Shown: positions 51,996 to 62,502, counted from the stretch's first letter. The stretch is DNA of 64,000 nt from an uncultured Armatimonadetes bacterium (GCA_963716175.1 OY970296.1:2336001-2400000), one strand, 5' to 3'. Notes: a model not told the origin generated them from the letters alone. Numbers and translations: made by a program.

Positions 51996-52742
51996 CTAGG
52001 GAGTGGAGGCGATGATCTCGGGGCCGACGCTGACGACGACCTGGTGGCCGGGCGGGACGGTGAGGAACCGATCTTGATCCCACTCCCCGTCCAGCAGGGC
52101 CTGGAGCAGTGACAGGTCGCCGGTGATCTCGTCGTATTGCCACCCGTGCTCCTGCGCCTCCTGCTGGGTGTAAGCCCGGAAGGTCTCTTCATCGCCCAGC
52201 TGCATCAGGATATGGGCGGCGTGGCTGTAGTGCTTCACCCAGCTTGACTGCACCTCCCATAGATACTCGGCGTTGTCCTGGCCATACTTTGCCACCAGCT
52301 CCTCGAACGGGAGATCCAGGCCCGCGCCGTCCTCCGGGCTGCGTGGCACGTGGTCTGCTCTGCGCTCGATCCATCCTCCGCTGTAGTAGTAGGTGCCCGG
52401 ACGTTGGGAGAAGCGCCTGGCGTACTCTTCCTTCGACCCCAGTAGGAAAGTGATGCAGTCATGAGCGCGGGGTATGACCAGGGGCACCCCGCGGGCGCGC
52501 AGGCCCGCCACCCCGTTGCTGCAGAGGCCGTAGGCGAGCGCCACCGCCTGGCACTGCTGCTCATCGCCTTGGTCAATCGCGGTCTGCACCTGCTCGCGCA
52601 GCGTGTCGGGGTTGGAGTGGAGCCCCCGCCGGAGGAAGGTCAGGTCCAGGATGCTGCGAGCGCGAGCGGCGCAGAGGCAGACCTCACGAAACAGCACCTC
52701 GCAGGCAATCACCCTGATGCGCACCTGGCAATCTCTCCCCAT
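51996..52742 (-). CDS. DUF1638 domain protein
   Basis: IACEV, GLH..P, YGLCSNG, HDCI...LGS, YYSGGW. Confidence 0.88.
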   Translation of the reverse strand: MGRDCQVRIRVIACEVLFREVCLCAARARSILDLTFLRRGLHSNPDTLREQVQTAIDQGDEQQCQAVALAYGLCSNGVAGLRARGVPLVIPRAHDCITFLLGSKEEYARRFSQRPGTYYYSGGWIERRADHVPRSPEDGAGLDLPFEELVAKYGQDNAEYLWEVQSSWVKHYSHAAHILMQLGDEETFRAYTQQEAQEHGWQYDEITGDLSLLQALLDGEWDQDRFLTVPPGHQVVVSVGPEIIASTP

Positions 52743-52834
52743 ACCACCACGTTCTACCCGCGCGCGGTGTGTCCTGGCGCGTCCGGTGGGCTGAAGCAAG
52801 GCCGGCGCCAATCCCTCCCGGGCCCGCAACGGCG

Positions 52835-52863
52835 TTGACCTCGGTCAGAGGCGCGGCTATACT
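52835..52863 (+). promoter_or_regulatory. sigma70 promoter
   Basis: TTGACC-N17-TATACT. Confidence 0.7.
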
Positions 52864-52891
52864 GCACGCAGCATACCCAGGAGCCCGGGCC

Positions 52892-53884
52892 GTGAAGCTG
52901 GGCCTAGACAGCTACAGCTACCATTACGCTGCTGGCCTGTGGGAGTATCTGCCCCGCGAGAATGCCCCCATGAGCGCCCTGCACTTCCTCCGCAAGGCCG
53001 CGGAGCTGGGCCTGGAGGGGGTACACCTGTGCGACCCCCGCCACCTGGAGAGCCTCGAATATGGCTATATCACCGGGCTGCGCGAGCAGGCCGAGGCGCT
53101 GGGGCTCTACCTCGAACTGGGCACCGACAGCACCAACCCGGATCACCTCCAGAATCTGGTGCGGGCGGCCCACGTGTTGGGATCGCCGCTGGTGCGCACC
53201 TCCCTGGGGAAGCCTCGGCCCCGGGGCACGCAGGCCATGAGGGAGCTGCTGGCAGCCACGGCCGCGGATATCGCTCAGGTCCTCCCCGTCTGCGAGCGCT
53301 ATGGCATTCACCTGCTGATCGAGAACCACCGGGAGTTGACCGCACGCGATCTCGTCCAGTTGCTGGAGATGGTCGGCACTCCCTGGGTGGGGGTCTGCTT
53401 CGACACCGCCGACCCGCTGGCCCTGCTGGAGGACCCGCAGGAGGCGGCGGAGACGCTGGGCCAGGCGATCAAGAGCGTTCACCTCAAGGACTACCAGGTG
53501 GCCGCTACCTCGGAGGGGTTCGCGCTCGTGGGATGCGCTCTGGGTGAGGGTGTGGTCGACCTGGCGGCCATCCTCGGACTGGTGTCATCGCGATTGCCCG
53601 ATGCCCATGTCAACATCGAGACCGCGGCGAGCAGGAAGCTGGTGCCGGCCCTGGATGACGACTATCTGCAGCACATGCCTGGAGCCAGCGCCCGCGACCT
53701 GGGCCGAGCGCTGCGTGTGGCCCGCGACCGGGGCCTGGGGCGAATGCCGCAGCTCCCGGTCGAGCGAGCGGCCTCCGAGCAGGAGATCCTGGCGGAGGAA
53801 GACGACCTGGTGCTGCGCAGTGTGCGCTGGGCGCAGCAGGCGTTGGGCCGACCCCAGGTTGAGGCGGCCGACTCCAGTGATTAG
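52892..53884 (+). CDS. sugar phosphate isomerase/epimerase (xylose isomerase-like TIM barrel)
   Basis: IENH, FDT, HLKD, LGEG, IE motifs. Confidence 0.88.
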   Translation: MKLGLDSYSYHYAAGLWEYLPRENAPMSALHFLRKAAELGLEGVHLCDPRHLESLEYGYITGLREQAEALGLYLELGTDSTNPDHLQNLVRAAHVLGSPLVRTSLGKPRPRGTQAMRELLAATAADIAQVLPVCERYGIHLLIENHRELTARDLVQLLEMVGTPWVGVCFDTADPLALLEDPQEAAETLGQAIKSVHLKDYQVAATSEGFALVGCALGEGVVDLAAILGLVSSRLPDAHVNIETAASRKLVPALDDDYLQHMPGASARDLGRALRVARDRGLGRMPQLPVERAASEQEILAEEDDLVLRSVRWAQQALGRPQVEAADSSD

Positions 53885-54995
53885 CCCGGGCCCCCACAGT
53901 CTGTTGCAGACCGAGATCGGCCAGGTGGCGCGGGTGGACCGGGTCCGCTCGGGCGCCCAGGAGCTGACCGTGATCGTCGGCGGGAAGGAAGAGCGGGCGG
54001 TCAGCTACCCGCAGCTAGTGGGCGAAGTGGGTCCCGATGAGGTGGTGCTGCTCAACACTACTGCCGTGCGCGCTGGGCTGGGCACCGGGGGCTTTCACAT
54101 CGTGATGAAACGGGCGCAGGAAGGGTCGCCCCCGGAGGGGGTGGGGCACATTGTCAAGCTGCGCTACACCCCACTGCAGTTCCGCTGCCTGTCGGTGGAG
54201 GAGCAGGAAAGCCCCTACCGGGAGGCGATCGAGGCCTGCCGCGATCTGGAGCAGATGCCAGTGATCGTGGCCGCGCTGCACAGCCAGATCGCGCCCGCCG
54301 CCGCCGCGGTGAAGGCGCTGTGCCCGGCAAGCCGGGTCGCCTATATCATGACCGATACGGCCGCCCTCCCGCTGGGCTTCAGCCAACTGGTTCCTGAGCT
54401 GAAGGAGGCGGGGCTGCTGGAGGCAACGATCACAGTCGGCCAGGCCTTCGGGGGCGACTATGAAGCGGTGAACATCTTCACCGGCCTGCTGGCGGCGCGG
54501 GCGGTGGTCGGCGCGGAGGTGGTGATCGTGGCTCAGGGGCCGGGCAACGTGGGCACTGAGACCGAGTGGGGGTTCGGATCTATCAGCCAGGGGGACCAGG
54601 TGAATGCCGTGGGCGCCCTGGGTGGCCTCCCCATCGCCGTGCCGCGCATCAGCTTCGCTGACCCGCGCCCCCGCCATCACGGGGTCAGCCGGCAGTCACT
54701 GGTGGCGCTGGGCCGGGTGGCCCTCATCCCGGCCGTGGTAGCAGTGCCCGGGATGGCGGCTGAGAAGCTGGAATTGGTGCGGCGCCAGTTGGAGGAGGAA
54801 GGGATCACCGAGAAGCACGAGGTGCTAGTGGCGCGTGGGGAGATTGGGGTAGAGGCGCTGACCCAGCGCGGCCTGCAGGTCAAGACGATGGGGCGAGGTC
54901 TGGAGCAAGACCCCGAGTTTTTTCTCGCCGCAGGCGCGGCCGGGGCCATCGCCGCCGAGAGGCTGACATGGACGCAGGGTTCAGAGAGCGACTGA
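53877..54995 (+). CDS. DUF3866 family protein
   Basis: LNTTA...LGTGG, GHIVKLRYTPLQ, GQAFGGD, RHHGVS. Confidence 0.88.
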   Translation: MISPGPHSLLQTEIGQVARVDRVRSGAQELTVIVGGKEERAVSYPQLVGEVGPDEVVLLNTTAVRAGLGTGGFHIVMKRAQEGSPPEGVGHIVKLRYTPLQFRCLSVEEQESPYREAIEACRDLEQMPVIVAALHSQIAPAAAAVKALCPASRVAYIMTDTAALPLGFSQLVPELKEAGLLEATITVGQAFGGDYEAVNIFTGLLAARAVVGAEVVIVAQGPGNVGTETEWGFGSISQGDQVNAVGALGGLPIAVPRISFADPRPRHHGVSRQSLVALGRVALIPAVVAVPGMAAEKLELVRRQLEEEGITEKHEVLVARGEIGVEALTQRGLQVKTMGRGLEQDPEFFLAAGAAGAIAAERLTWTQGSESD

Positions 54996-55531
54996 TCTCC
55001 TCCCGCCGCGTCTTCGAGGGAAGGCTGCTCGCGGTGCAGGTGGACGAGGTGGAGTTGCCCGGGGGGACGCACGCCCAGCGGGAGATCGTGGCGCGCCATC
55101 CGGGGGCGGCGGTGATAGTGCCCCTGCTGCCGGAGGGGAAGGTGGTCATGCTCCGCCACTACCGGCATGCGGCCGGCAAGGTGCTCCTCGAGTTGCCTGC
55201 AGGGATTCTGAACCCCGGCGAGTCGCCGGGGGAGTGCGCGCACCGGGAGCTGATCGAGGAGACGGGGTATGCGGCCGGAAAGCTGCGCCATCTATTCTCG
55301 GCCTATCTGAGCCCGGGCTACAGCAGCGAGCTCGCCCATTTCTTCCTGGCCACTGGTTTGCGTGCACAGGGAACGGCCCCAACCGAGGACGAGCCGGTGG
55401 AACTGGCGATCTTGCCTCTGGCCGAAGCGGTGGCCATGGTCGCGCGGGGCGAAGTGCAGAACGCGGCCGCCGTTTGTGGTCTGCTGGCCGCCGCAAGGTG
55501 GGGAGGAGAGGCCAGCGGCGCCATTGAATAA
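54968..55531 (+). CDS. NUDIX hydrolase (ADP-ribose pyrophosphatase-like)
   Basis: ELPAG...GE...AHRELIEETGY Nudix box; LSPG. Confidence 0.92.
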   Translation: MDAGFRERLISSRRVFEGRLLAVQVDEVELPGGTHAQREIVARHPGAAVIVPLLPEGKVVMLRHYRHAAGKVLLELPAGILNPGESPGECAHRELIEETGYAAGKLRHLFSAYLSPGYSSELAHFFLATGLRAQGTAPTEDEPVELAILPLAEAVAMVARGEVQNAAAVCGLLAAARWGGEASGAIE

Positions 55532-55578
55532 GCGAAGGGCCTGGCGAGGTCTGGGGCGAGCGCAGGGAGGAGTAAGGG

Positions 55579-56547
55579 ATGAGAAGCCTGAGGGTTGTGG
55601 CAGCCGGGATGGGGCTGATAGCGCTGGCCCTGTCGTCGCTGTGGGCAGGCGAGGAAGCGCCGGCGCAGGGCACAGCCGGGAACGCGCCGGTGAAAGTAGC
55701 GGGCGAAGTGCCCATGCGTCCCGAGCTGCAGGTATTCCAGGGCGTCCGCGGCTGGCTGGTGAATGGCCAGGAGATCAAGCTGGAGGACGTGCGGAACCGG
55801 GCGCTGCTCTACCACGGGCCCTACGTGCTGCAGGACATGGTGGCCGAGCTGCTGCTCCAGCAAGAGGCGAAGGCGCGCGGCATCACGGTGAGCGAGGCCG
55901 AGGTAGACGAGCAGATCAAGAATCTGCGCCTGGAATGGGGCCTCACCTCTGACGTGGCCTTGGACTACTATCTGCGCACCTCCCGCGTCACGCCTGGCTG
56001 GCTGCGAGAGAAGGCGCGGGATTACGTGCTGATGGAGAAGGTGCTGGGCGACCAGATCTACGTCAGCGACAAAGAGGTGGAGCGCTTCTACGATCAGTAC
56101 CGGGACCAGTACCGACGGCCGGAGTCGGTGGACTTCCGGGTGATCAGCCTGGCCGGCGAGAAGGAGGCCCAGGCGGCCTTGGACCAGCTGCGGAAGGGGC
56201 GGAACTTCAGGGAGGTGGCCAAGGAGCTGGCGAGCGTGGACGAGAAGGCGGGGGCGGGCGAGCTGCACAGCTTTGAGCGGGGCCAGCGGATGTCCCTGCC
56301 GCCCGAGATCGAGGCCGTGCTCTTCACCGCTCCCCTGGACCAGGTGGTGGGGCCGATCAAGGCCGCTAACTCCTATCACCTGCTCCGGGTGGAGAAGAAG
56401 AGCGATGCCTACCAGTTCTCCCTGGCCGAAGTGAGAGACACCATCCGGACCCAGCTGCGCAAGCAGAAGCTGGAGCAAGCCGTGTGGCCGAAATGGATTC
56501 AGGCCCGGCTTGGCGGCGCGGAGATCGAGACCCTGAAAGCGCAGTAG
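55579..56547 (+). CDS. PrsA/SurA-like parvulin peptidylprolyl isomerase
   Basis: Signal peptide, SurA-N-like helices, FREVAKELAS...GEL, GPIK. Confidence 0.82.
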   Translation: MRSLRVVAAGMGLIALALSSLWAGEEAPAQGTAGNAPVKVAGEVPMRPELQVFQGVRGWLVNGQEIKLEDVRNRALLYHGPYVLQDMVAELLLQQEAKARGITVSEAEVDEQIKNLRLEWGLTSDVALDYYLRTSRVTPGWLREKARDYVLMEKVLGDQIYVSDKEVERFYDQYRDQYRRPESVDFRVISLAGEKEAQAALDQLRKGRNFREVAKELASVDEKAGAGELHSFERGQRMSLPPEIEAVLFTAPLDQVVGPIKAANSYHLLRVEKKSDAYQFSLAEVRDTIRTQLRKQKLEQAVWPKWIQARLGGAEIETLKAQ

Positions 56548-56601
56548 CGGGGGCCGAGCAGTCCGGGGTCGGGGTCGGAAACTGCAAGGAGGAGGCGAGG
56601 A

Positions 56602-57747
56602 ATGCGCACCATCAAGGCGGCGGTAATCGGGGCCGGCTTTATCGGACCAGCCCATGTAGAGGCCTTGCGAAGGCTGGGATTTGTGGAAGTGGCGGCCCTG
56701 GTGGACAGCGACAAGGCCAGGTTGGAGCAGAAAGCGGCCGCGCTCTCCATCCCCCGGGCCTATGATGACTACCGGAGGGTGCTCGACGACAAAGCGATCG
56801 AGGTGGTCCACAACTGCTCCCCCAATAACCTGCACTTCGAGATCAACACCGCCATCCTGCAGGCGGGGAAGCACTGCGTCTCCGAGAAGCCACTGGCGAT
56901 CAACAGCAAGGAGTCGCGGGGGCTGGTGGCGCTGGCGGAGAAGGCCGGCCTGGTCAATGCCATCAACTTCAACTACCGCTTCTACCCCCTGTCCCAACAG
57001 GCCAGAGCCATGTGCGAGGCCGGCGAGGTGGGTGACATTTACGCCGTGCATGGCGGCTACCTCCAGGACTGGCTCTACTGGGATACCGACTACAGCTGGC
57101 GCCTCGATCCCAAGATCTCGGGCGAGAGCTGCGCGGTGGCCGACATCGGGTCCCACTGGTGCGACCTGATGCAGTTCATCACCGGCCGCACCATCACCGA
57201 GGTGATGGCCGATCTGCAGACCACGCGCCAGGTGCGCAAGCGGCCCAAGGCCACCCTGGAGGCGTTCGCGGGCAAGCTGCTGAAACCGGAGGACTTCGAG
57301 GAGGTGAAGATCACCACCGATGACTACGCCGACGTGCTGCTGCGCCTGGACAATGGCGCCCGCGGCATGTTCAACGTCTCCCAGCTGGCAGCCGGCCGCA
57401 AGAACCGCCTCCATTACGAGATTGATGGCTCCAAGTGCGCGCTCTCCGGTGACTTGGAACGGCCCAACGAGCTGTGGCTGGGCTATCGCGACAAGCCCAA
57501 CGAGGTGCTGATCAAGGATCCTTCGCTGCTGAAGGAGGCGGTGCGCGCTTACGCCCACTATCCCGGCGGCCACCCGGAGGGCTATCCCGATGGCCCCAAG
57601 AACCTCTTCCGCAACGCCTACCTGAAGATCATGGGAGACCCGGGCGCGCTGCCCTTCCCGACCTTCGCCGATGGTCACCGCGCGGTGGCGATCGTAGACG
57701 CCATCCTCGCCAGCAGCCGCGCCCGGCAGTGGACGAAGGTGGCCTGA
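56602..57747 (+). CDS. Gfo/Idh/MocA oxidoreductase
   Basis: GAGFIG, SEKP, DIGSH. Confidence 0.93.
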   Translation: MRTIKAAVIGAGFIGPAHVEALRRLGFVEVAALVDSDKARLEQKAAALSIPRAYDDYRRVLDDKAIEVVHNCSPNNLHFEINTAILQAGKHCVSEKPLAINSKESRGLVALAEKAGLVNAINFNYRFYPLSQQARAMCEAGEVGDIYAVHGGYLQDWLYWDTDYSWRLDPKISGESCAVADIGSHWCDLMQFITGRTITEVMADLQTTRQVRKRPKATLEAFAGKLLKPEDFEEVKITTDDYADVLLRLDNGARGMFNVSQLAAGRKNRLHYEIDGSKCALSGDLERPNELWLGYRDKPNEVLIKDPSLLKEAVRAYAHYPGGHPEGYPDGPKNLFRNAYLKIMGDPGALPFPTFADGHRAVAIVDAILASSRARQWTKVA

Positions 57748-57779
57748 TCAGGCCTGCAACCTGAGGCAAGGAGATTGTC

Positions 57780-58745
57780 ATGAAGATCGGGGTCCTCACA
57801 GTCTTGTTTGGTGATATGTCGTTCGAGAAGATGCTCGACCATGTGGCCGAGGCCGGTTGTGAAGCGGTCGAGATCGGGACCGGGGGCTACCCTGGCACCG
57901 CCCATTGCGACCCGGCGAAGCTGCTGCCGGACCAGGCGGCCCAGCGCAGGTTCCTGCGGGCGATCGAGAAGCGGGGCCTGCTGCTCTCCGCCCTGAGCTG
58001 CCACGGGAACCCGATCCATCCCCAGCGTGGGCAGGCCCGCAGGTTCCATCAGGCCTGGCGAAACACGGTGGCCCTGGCGGAGGCGTTGGGGGTGGAGCGC
58101 ATCATCACCTTCTCCGGATGCCCGGGGGACAGCGACCAGGCCACCGCCCCCAACTGGGTGACTTGTCCCTGGCCGCCCGACTACAGCGACCTGCTCAAGT
58201 GGCAATGGGAGGAGAAGCTGATCCCGTACTGGACGAAGGAAGTGGCATTCGCGGCCAAACACGGGGTCAAGATGATCTGCCTTGAGATGCATCCGGGCTT
58301 CTGTGTCTACAACCCCGAGACCCTGCTGAAGCTGCGGGACGCCTGCGGAGAGGCGATCGGCGCCAACTTCGATCCCAGCCATCTCATCTGGCAGGGGGTC
58401 AACCCGGTGGCTGCCATCCGGCGCCTGGGCTCGGCGATCTACCACGTGCATGCCAAGGACGTGAAAGTTGACCCTATCAATAAGGAGTTCAACGGCGTGC
58501 TCGATACCAAGCCCTACACCGATGAGAGCCAGCGCTCCTGGATCTTCCGCACCGTGGGCTGGGGGCATGACGCCGTGGTCTGGAAGGAGATGGTCAGCGC
58601 CCTGCGCCTGGTGGGCTATGACTATGTGCTGAGCATCGAGCACGAGGACAGCTTGATGAGCATGGAGGAGGGCTTCCGCCGCGCGGTGGCCTTCATGAAA
58701 GAGGTCACCATTGTAGAGCCGCGGCCGCGGGTGCATTGGGTGTAG
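57780..58745 (+). CDS. sugar phosphate isomerase/epimerase
   Basis: EMHPG, FDPSH, HAKD, IEHED. Confidence 0.92.
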   Translation: MKIGVLTVLFGDMSFEKMLDHVAEAGCEAVEIGTGGYPGTAHCDPAKLLPDQAAQRRFLRAIEKRGLLLSALSCHGNPIHPQRGQARRFHQAWRNTVALAEALGVERIITFSGCPGDSDQATAPNWVTCPWPPDYSDLLKWQWEEKLIPYWTKEVAFAAKHGVKMICLEMHPGFCVYNPETLLKLRDACGEAIGANFDPSHLIWQGVNPVAAIRRLGSAIYHVHAKDVKVDPINKEFNGVLDTKPYTDESQRSWIFRTVGWGHDAVVWKEMVSALRLVGYDYVLSIEHEDSLMSMEEGFRRAVAFMKEVTIVEPRPRVHWV

Positions 58746-58938
58746 CCGGGGGCCTGCAGGGCGGGAGGCGCTGGCCGCGCTCGGCCTTGGGCGGTGCTGA
58801 GTCGCCTCGCCGCGGGCCTCGCGGTCGAAGCGCGTCACAGAACGTTCAGGCATGCTTCATGCCGGATTCACTTTCTCACCCTAAGCTATCAGAATGGGGA
58901 GATGCAACGGCGCGTAGCCTGAGGAGGCGGGCCGAGCG

Positions 58939-60333
58939 ATGCGGGAGTGGCGAGAGCGAACCTGTATCCTGGCGACGGCCTGGCTGACGCTGTTCTGCGC
59001 CGGCGTCCTCTGGGCGAACGCGGCAGCTCTTGGCCCCGGCGACTGGCAGTACCGGGAGCTGGATGCGCTCTCGCAGGCGGGGCTGCTGAGCGGACACCCC
59101 AGGGGGCCGCTCAGCAACTGGACCGACCAGCTCACCCGGTATGAGGCGGCCGCGCTGGCGCTGCGGGCGGTGGAGGGCCTGGGAAGAGCCTATCAGGAGC
59201 AGGGCCAGGCATTACAGCAGATGGCGCAGTCCGGCCCGCTGCCGGCGGGGGCCGAGGGCGCGGCTCCCGTACCGGCCGGCGCCACCATCGAAGACGTAGC
59301 GCGGGTGGAGAAGCTGATCGAGGAGTTCCGGGCCGAGCTGGTGGCCATGGGAGCGCGGGTGGATGATCTGGCGACCGCGCTCAAGGATGTGCAGACGCGG
59401 CTCGCCAGGGTCGAGGCCGAGCGCAAGCAGCATCAGATCAGTGGGTATATGCAGCTGCGATTCCGGGACGACAAGGCGACCGATGGGCGGAAGGAGTTCC
59501 TGGTCCGGACGGCACGCGTGAACGTCGCCGGGCCGGTCAGCGATCGCACCTCCTACCGGATCGAGATGCAGTTCGACTCCAAAGAAACGGGGAAGGGCCC
59601 GGGGAGCAAGGCGCAGTTGCGCAGCGCCTATATTGACTACCAGACGAGCGCTGCCTCCCGCCTGCGCATGGGCCAGCAGACCCTGCCCTGGGGATATGAG
59701 CTGGAGGAGCCGACGCCGGACCTGTGGTCAGGCGAGCGGGCTTTCTTCATGGATCGGCTGTTCCCCGATCAGCGGGATCTCGGCCTGGCGCTCGACTATC
59801 GCCGGGCACCGGGCGCGCCCAAGTTCGATGTCGGCGCGTTCAACGGCACGGGCATAGATTTTACCGACAACAACGACCACCAGAACCTGATGGCTCGCGT
59901 GGACTTCCCGCTCAAGAACGGCTCGGCCGCGCTCTCGGGGTACGCCGGCGAGAGCAGGACAGGGCTCACCGCCACCCGGCAGGACCGCAGCGGGGTCAGC
60001 GCCCGCTATCAGTGGGGTGAGACGCAGTTCATGGGCGAATTCGTGGCCGGCAGAGATCGGGGCCATGATGTGCGGGGCTGGTACGGGCAGCTCGGCCGCC
60101 CCATCACCCGGGCGAAGCCGAACTTGCTCTTCGCCAAGTACGACAGCTATGATGAGAACCGAGATCGCCCCAGCGATCTCTTCGCGCGCTGGACCCTGGG
60201 GTACTGGTACGATGTGGATAAGGCCACGCGCCTGACGCTGGCCTGGGAGCTTCGGCATGTGCAGCCGGAGTTCTCAGAGCTGACCAGGTGGGACGCGAAC
60301 GCAGCCTATCTGCAGTTGCAGGTGAAGTACTAG
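58939..60333 (+). CDS. outer-membrane porin (OprO/OprP-like) with N-terminal SLH-like domain and coiled coil
   Basis: Signal peptide, LTRYEAA, coiled coil, amphipathic strands (RDLG, FNGTG), terminal LQVKY. Confidence 0.8.
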   Translation: MREWRERTCILATAWLTLFCAGVLWANAAALGPGDWQYRELDALSQAGLLSGHPRGPLSNWTDQLTRYEAAALALRAVEGLGRAYQEQGQALQQMAQSGPLPAGAEGAAPVPAGATIEDVARVEKLIEEFRAELVAMGARVDDLATALKDVQTRLARVEAERKQHQISGYMQLRFRDDKATDGRKEFLVRTARVNVAGPVSDRTSYRIEMQFDSKETGKGPGSKAQLRSAYIDYQTSAASRLRMGQQTLPWGYELEEPTPDLWSGERAFFMDRLFPDQRDLGLALDYRRAPGAPKFDVGAFNGTGIDFTDNNDHQNLMARVDFPLKNGSAALSGYAGESRTGLTATRQDRSGVSARYQWGETQFMGEFVAGRDRGHDVRGWYGQLGRPITRAKPNLLFAKYDSYDENRDRPSDLFARWTLGYWYDVDKATRLTLAWELRHVQPEFSELTRWDANAAYLQLQVKY

Positions 60334-60369
60334 CCGGCGAGGGAGGAAGGGTAAGAGAAGTAAGGAGCT

Positions 60370-61128
60370 ATGACAGAGGCCACCAACGAGATCAAGCTCA
60401 CTGCAGAGGATCTGAAACGCTATCACCGGCAGATCATCATGTCCGGCTGGGGAGAGGCGGGCCAGGAGAAGGTCAAGGCAGGCCGCGTGTTCATCGCCGG
60501 GGCAGGAGGCCTGGGGTCCCCCACCTCCATCTACCTGGCGGTGGCGGGGGTGGGGCAGATCACGCTCTGCGACTACGACCGCCCTGAGCTCTCCAACCTC
60601 AACCGCCAGATTCTCCACAGTGACTGCCGCATCGGCATGAACAAGGCAGTCTCCGGCCAGCTCACGCTCAGAGAGCTGAACCCCAGCATCAACGTGACCG
60701 CGGTCAGCACACGGATTGAGGCCACTACCGTAGATGAGCTCGTCGGGGACGCAGACATCATCCTGGACTGCATGGACAACTACCCCACGCGCTACTTGCT
60801 CAACGAGTGTGCCCTCCGCAAGGGCATTCCCTTCGTGCACGCCAGCGTGTGGGGGCTGGAGGGGCGGCTGACCTTCATCCACTCTCCCCAGACTCCCTGC
60901 CTGCGCTGCATCTACCCCAGCGCGCCCCCGCCCGAGGTGTTCCCAGTGCTGGGGGCGGTCCCTGGCGTGATCGGCTGCCTCCAGGCCATCGAGACCTTGA
61001 AGTACCTCACCGGCATCGGCGAAACGCTCAAGGGCAGGCTGTTAGTGTGGAATGGCGCTGACATGGATTTCGATGTATACACGATCTCCAGGAACCCTAC
61101 CTGTCCGGTCTGCGGCTCGAGTGGGTGA
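60370..61128 (+). CDS. ThiF/MoeB/HesA family adenylyltransferase
   Basis: RYHRQ, GAGGLG, SNLNRQ, CLRC and CPVC zinc motifs. Confidence 0.93.
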   Translation: MTEATNEIKLTAEDLKRYHRQIIMSGWGEAGQEKVKAGRVFIAGAGGLGSPTSIYLAVAGVGQITLCDYDRPELSNLNRQILHSDCRIGMNKAVSGQLTLRELNPSINVTAVSTRIEATTVDELVGDADIILDCMDNYPTRYLLNECALRKGIPFVHASVWGLEGRLTFIHSPQTPCLRCIYPSAPPPEVFPVLGAVPGVIGCLQAIETLKYLTGIGETLKGRLLVWNGADMDFDVYTISRNPTCPVCGSSG

Positions 61129-61198
61129 GGCCGAAGCTGGGCGGGGATGCTGTTGCCTCGCGTCCCAGGTGCTGATCATATATCCAAGGAGGATGACT

Positions 61199-61678
61199 TT
61201 GACTCGGAAGACAGGACGGGCAGTCGGTTTGCTGGTGATTCTGGTCGCGGCCATGGCTGGGGTGAGCTGCCAGCGGGCCGTCTCTGCAGCCGGGAAGTCG
61301 AAGCCAGCAGCGAAAGCAGCTCCCGCCAAGCCGGAGGCCAAGAAGCCGCCGGTGCAGATCGAGGCCTACTACCCGCTGAACAAGGAGCACAAGTATATCG
61401 CCGATTACCTGCAGAAGCTGGCCAAGGCCCACCCGGGCCAGGTGAGTGTGAAGATCGTGGACATGCAGACTCCCGAGGGCCGCAAGGCCTGGTCCAAGAC
61501 GGATCTGGGCTGCGCGGGGGTATTCGTCAACGGCAAGACCAAGTGGGATGTGAAGAAGGGCAAGAAGACCGAGAGCGTCAGCTTCCTGAAGCGGATGGAT
61601 ACGTACTGGGACCGCAAGGACCTCGAGACCGTGGTGAATCAGCTCCTGGAGCAGGCCAAGAAGACCAAGCAGAGATGA
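61199..61678 (+). CDS. hypothetical lipoprotein, possible thioredoxin-like fold without CxxC
   Basis: AAGGAGG RBS, AGVSC lipobox-like motif, CAGVFVNG. Confidence 0.7.
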   Translation: MTRKTGRAVGLLVILVAAMAGVSCQRAVSAAGKSKPAAKAAPAKPEAKKPPVQIEAYYPLNKEHKYIADYLQKLAKAHPGQVSVKIVDMQTPEGRKAWSKTDLGCAGVFVNGKTKWDVKKGKKTESVSFLKRMDTYWDRKDLETVVNQLLEQAKKTKQR

Positions 61679-62502
61679 ACCGGCCCAAGCCGCGAGGGGT
61701 CTGGTCGGTCTGGGGTCTGTGCGCCGCAGCCCTGTCGGTCATGGGCTGCGGCGGCGCGAGGAAGCCGGCGCCGCGGCAGCCGGTCACCTTGGGGCTGTAC
61801 CTGCCCTGCGTGATTGGCGGCCCCATGCACAAGGTGGTCGCAGCCTACGAGGCCACGCATGCGGGGGTCGAGATCGCCCCCCAGACCTACAAGCCGCTGG
61901 AGAGGCCGGCAAAGAGTGCTGGGCCCGCGGTGGTGATCACTGTCGGCGACTCCGAGATGGAGGCCCTGGTCCGCGCCGGGATGGTGGTGCCGCGCGACGT
62001 GCACAGGTTCGCCGTCAATACCTACCCGCTGGCCGTGGTGGCGGCGGCGCGGGGCGCGCCCGCCCTCAAGCAGATTCCTGATCTCGCCAGGCCCGCGGTG
62101 AAGCGCATCTTCCTGGAGAGTCCTGCCGGGAGCAGCCTGGGGCGCGCCGCCGAGCAGGCCTTTGAGAAGCTGGGGCTCTGGGAGAAGGTGGCGCCCAAGG
62201 TAGTGCAGCCGAGAGCAGGGGCTATGGTGCTGGCCGAGTTGCTGGCCGGGAAAGCCGACGCGGCAGTGGTGTTCCGAGATTGCCTATTCGCCGAAGCCGG
62301 AGAAGGCGCGAAACCGCCAAAGACCATTCGCATGATTGGTGAGCTGCCCCTGGACCTGTTCTCACCCATCCCGTACCAGGTGGGTGCGATCAAGGCTGGG
62401 CCCAGGCCGGAGGTAGCGCAAGCATTCGTTGATTACCTGACCGGAGAGGAGGGCCGGCAAGCTCTGCGGAAGGCGGGACTGGAGCCGGCCGCCGGGCCCT
62501 AG
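61675..62502 (+). CDS. ModA-like substrate-binding lipoprotein (atypical)
   Basis: VMGC lipobox, DL..P.VKRI, SLGRAAEQ...GLW, ADAAVVF, AFVDYL. Confidence 0.8.
   Translation: MNRPKPRGVWSVWGLCAAALSVMGCGGARKPAPRQPVTLGLYLPCVIGGPMHKVVAAYEATHAGVEIAPQTYKPLERPAKSAGPAVVITVGDSEMEALVRAGMVVPRDVHRFAVNTYPLAVVAAARGAPALKQIPDLARPAVKRIFLESPAGSSLGRAAEQAFEKLGLWEKVAPKVVQPRAGAMVLAELLAGKADAAVVFRDCLFAEAGEGAKPPKTIRMIGELPLDLFSPIPYQVGAIKAGPRPEVAQAFVDYLTGEEGRQALRKAGLEPAAGP

Noticed and set aside
55318-57678. 786-aa antisense ORF (also 12014-13228, 20955-22199, 49098-50627 and similar)
   Set aside because: Shadow ORFs opposite well-supported genes in high-GC DNA
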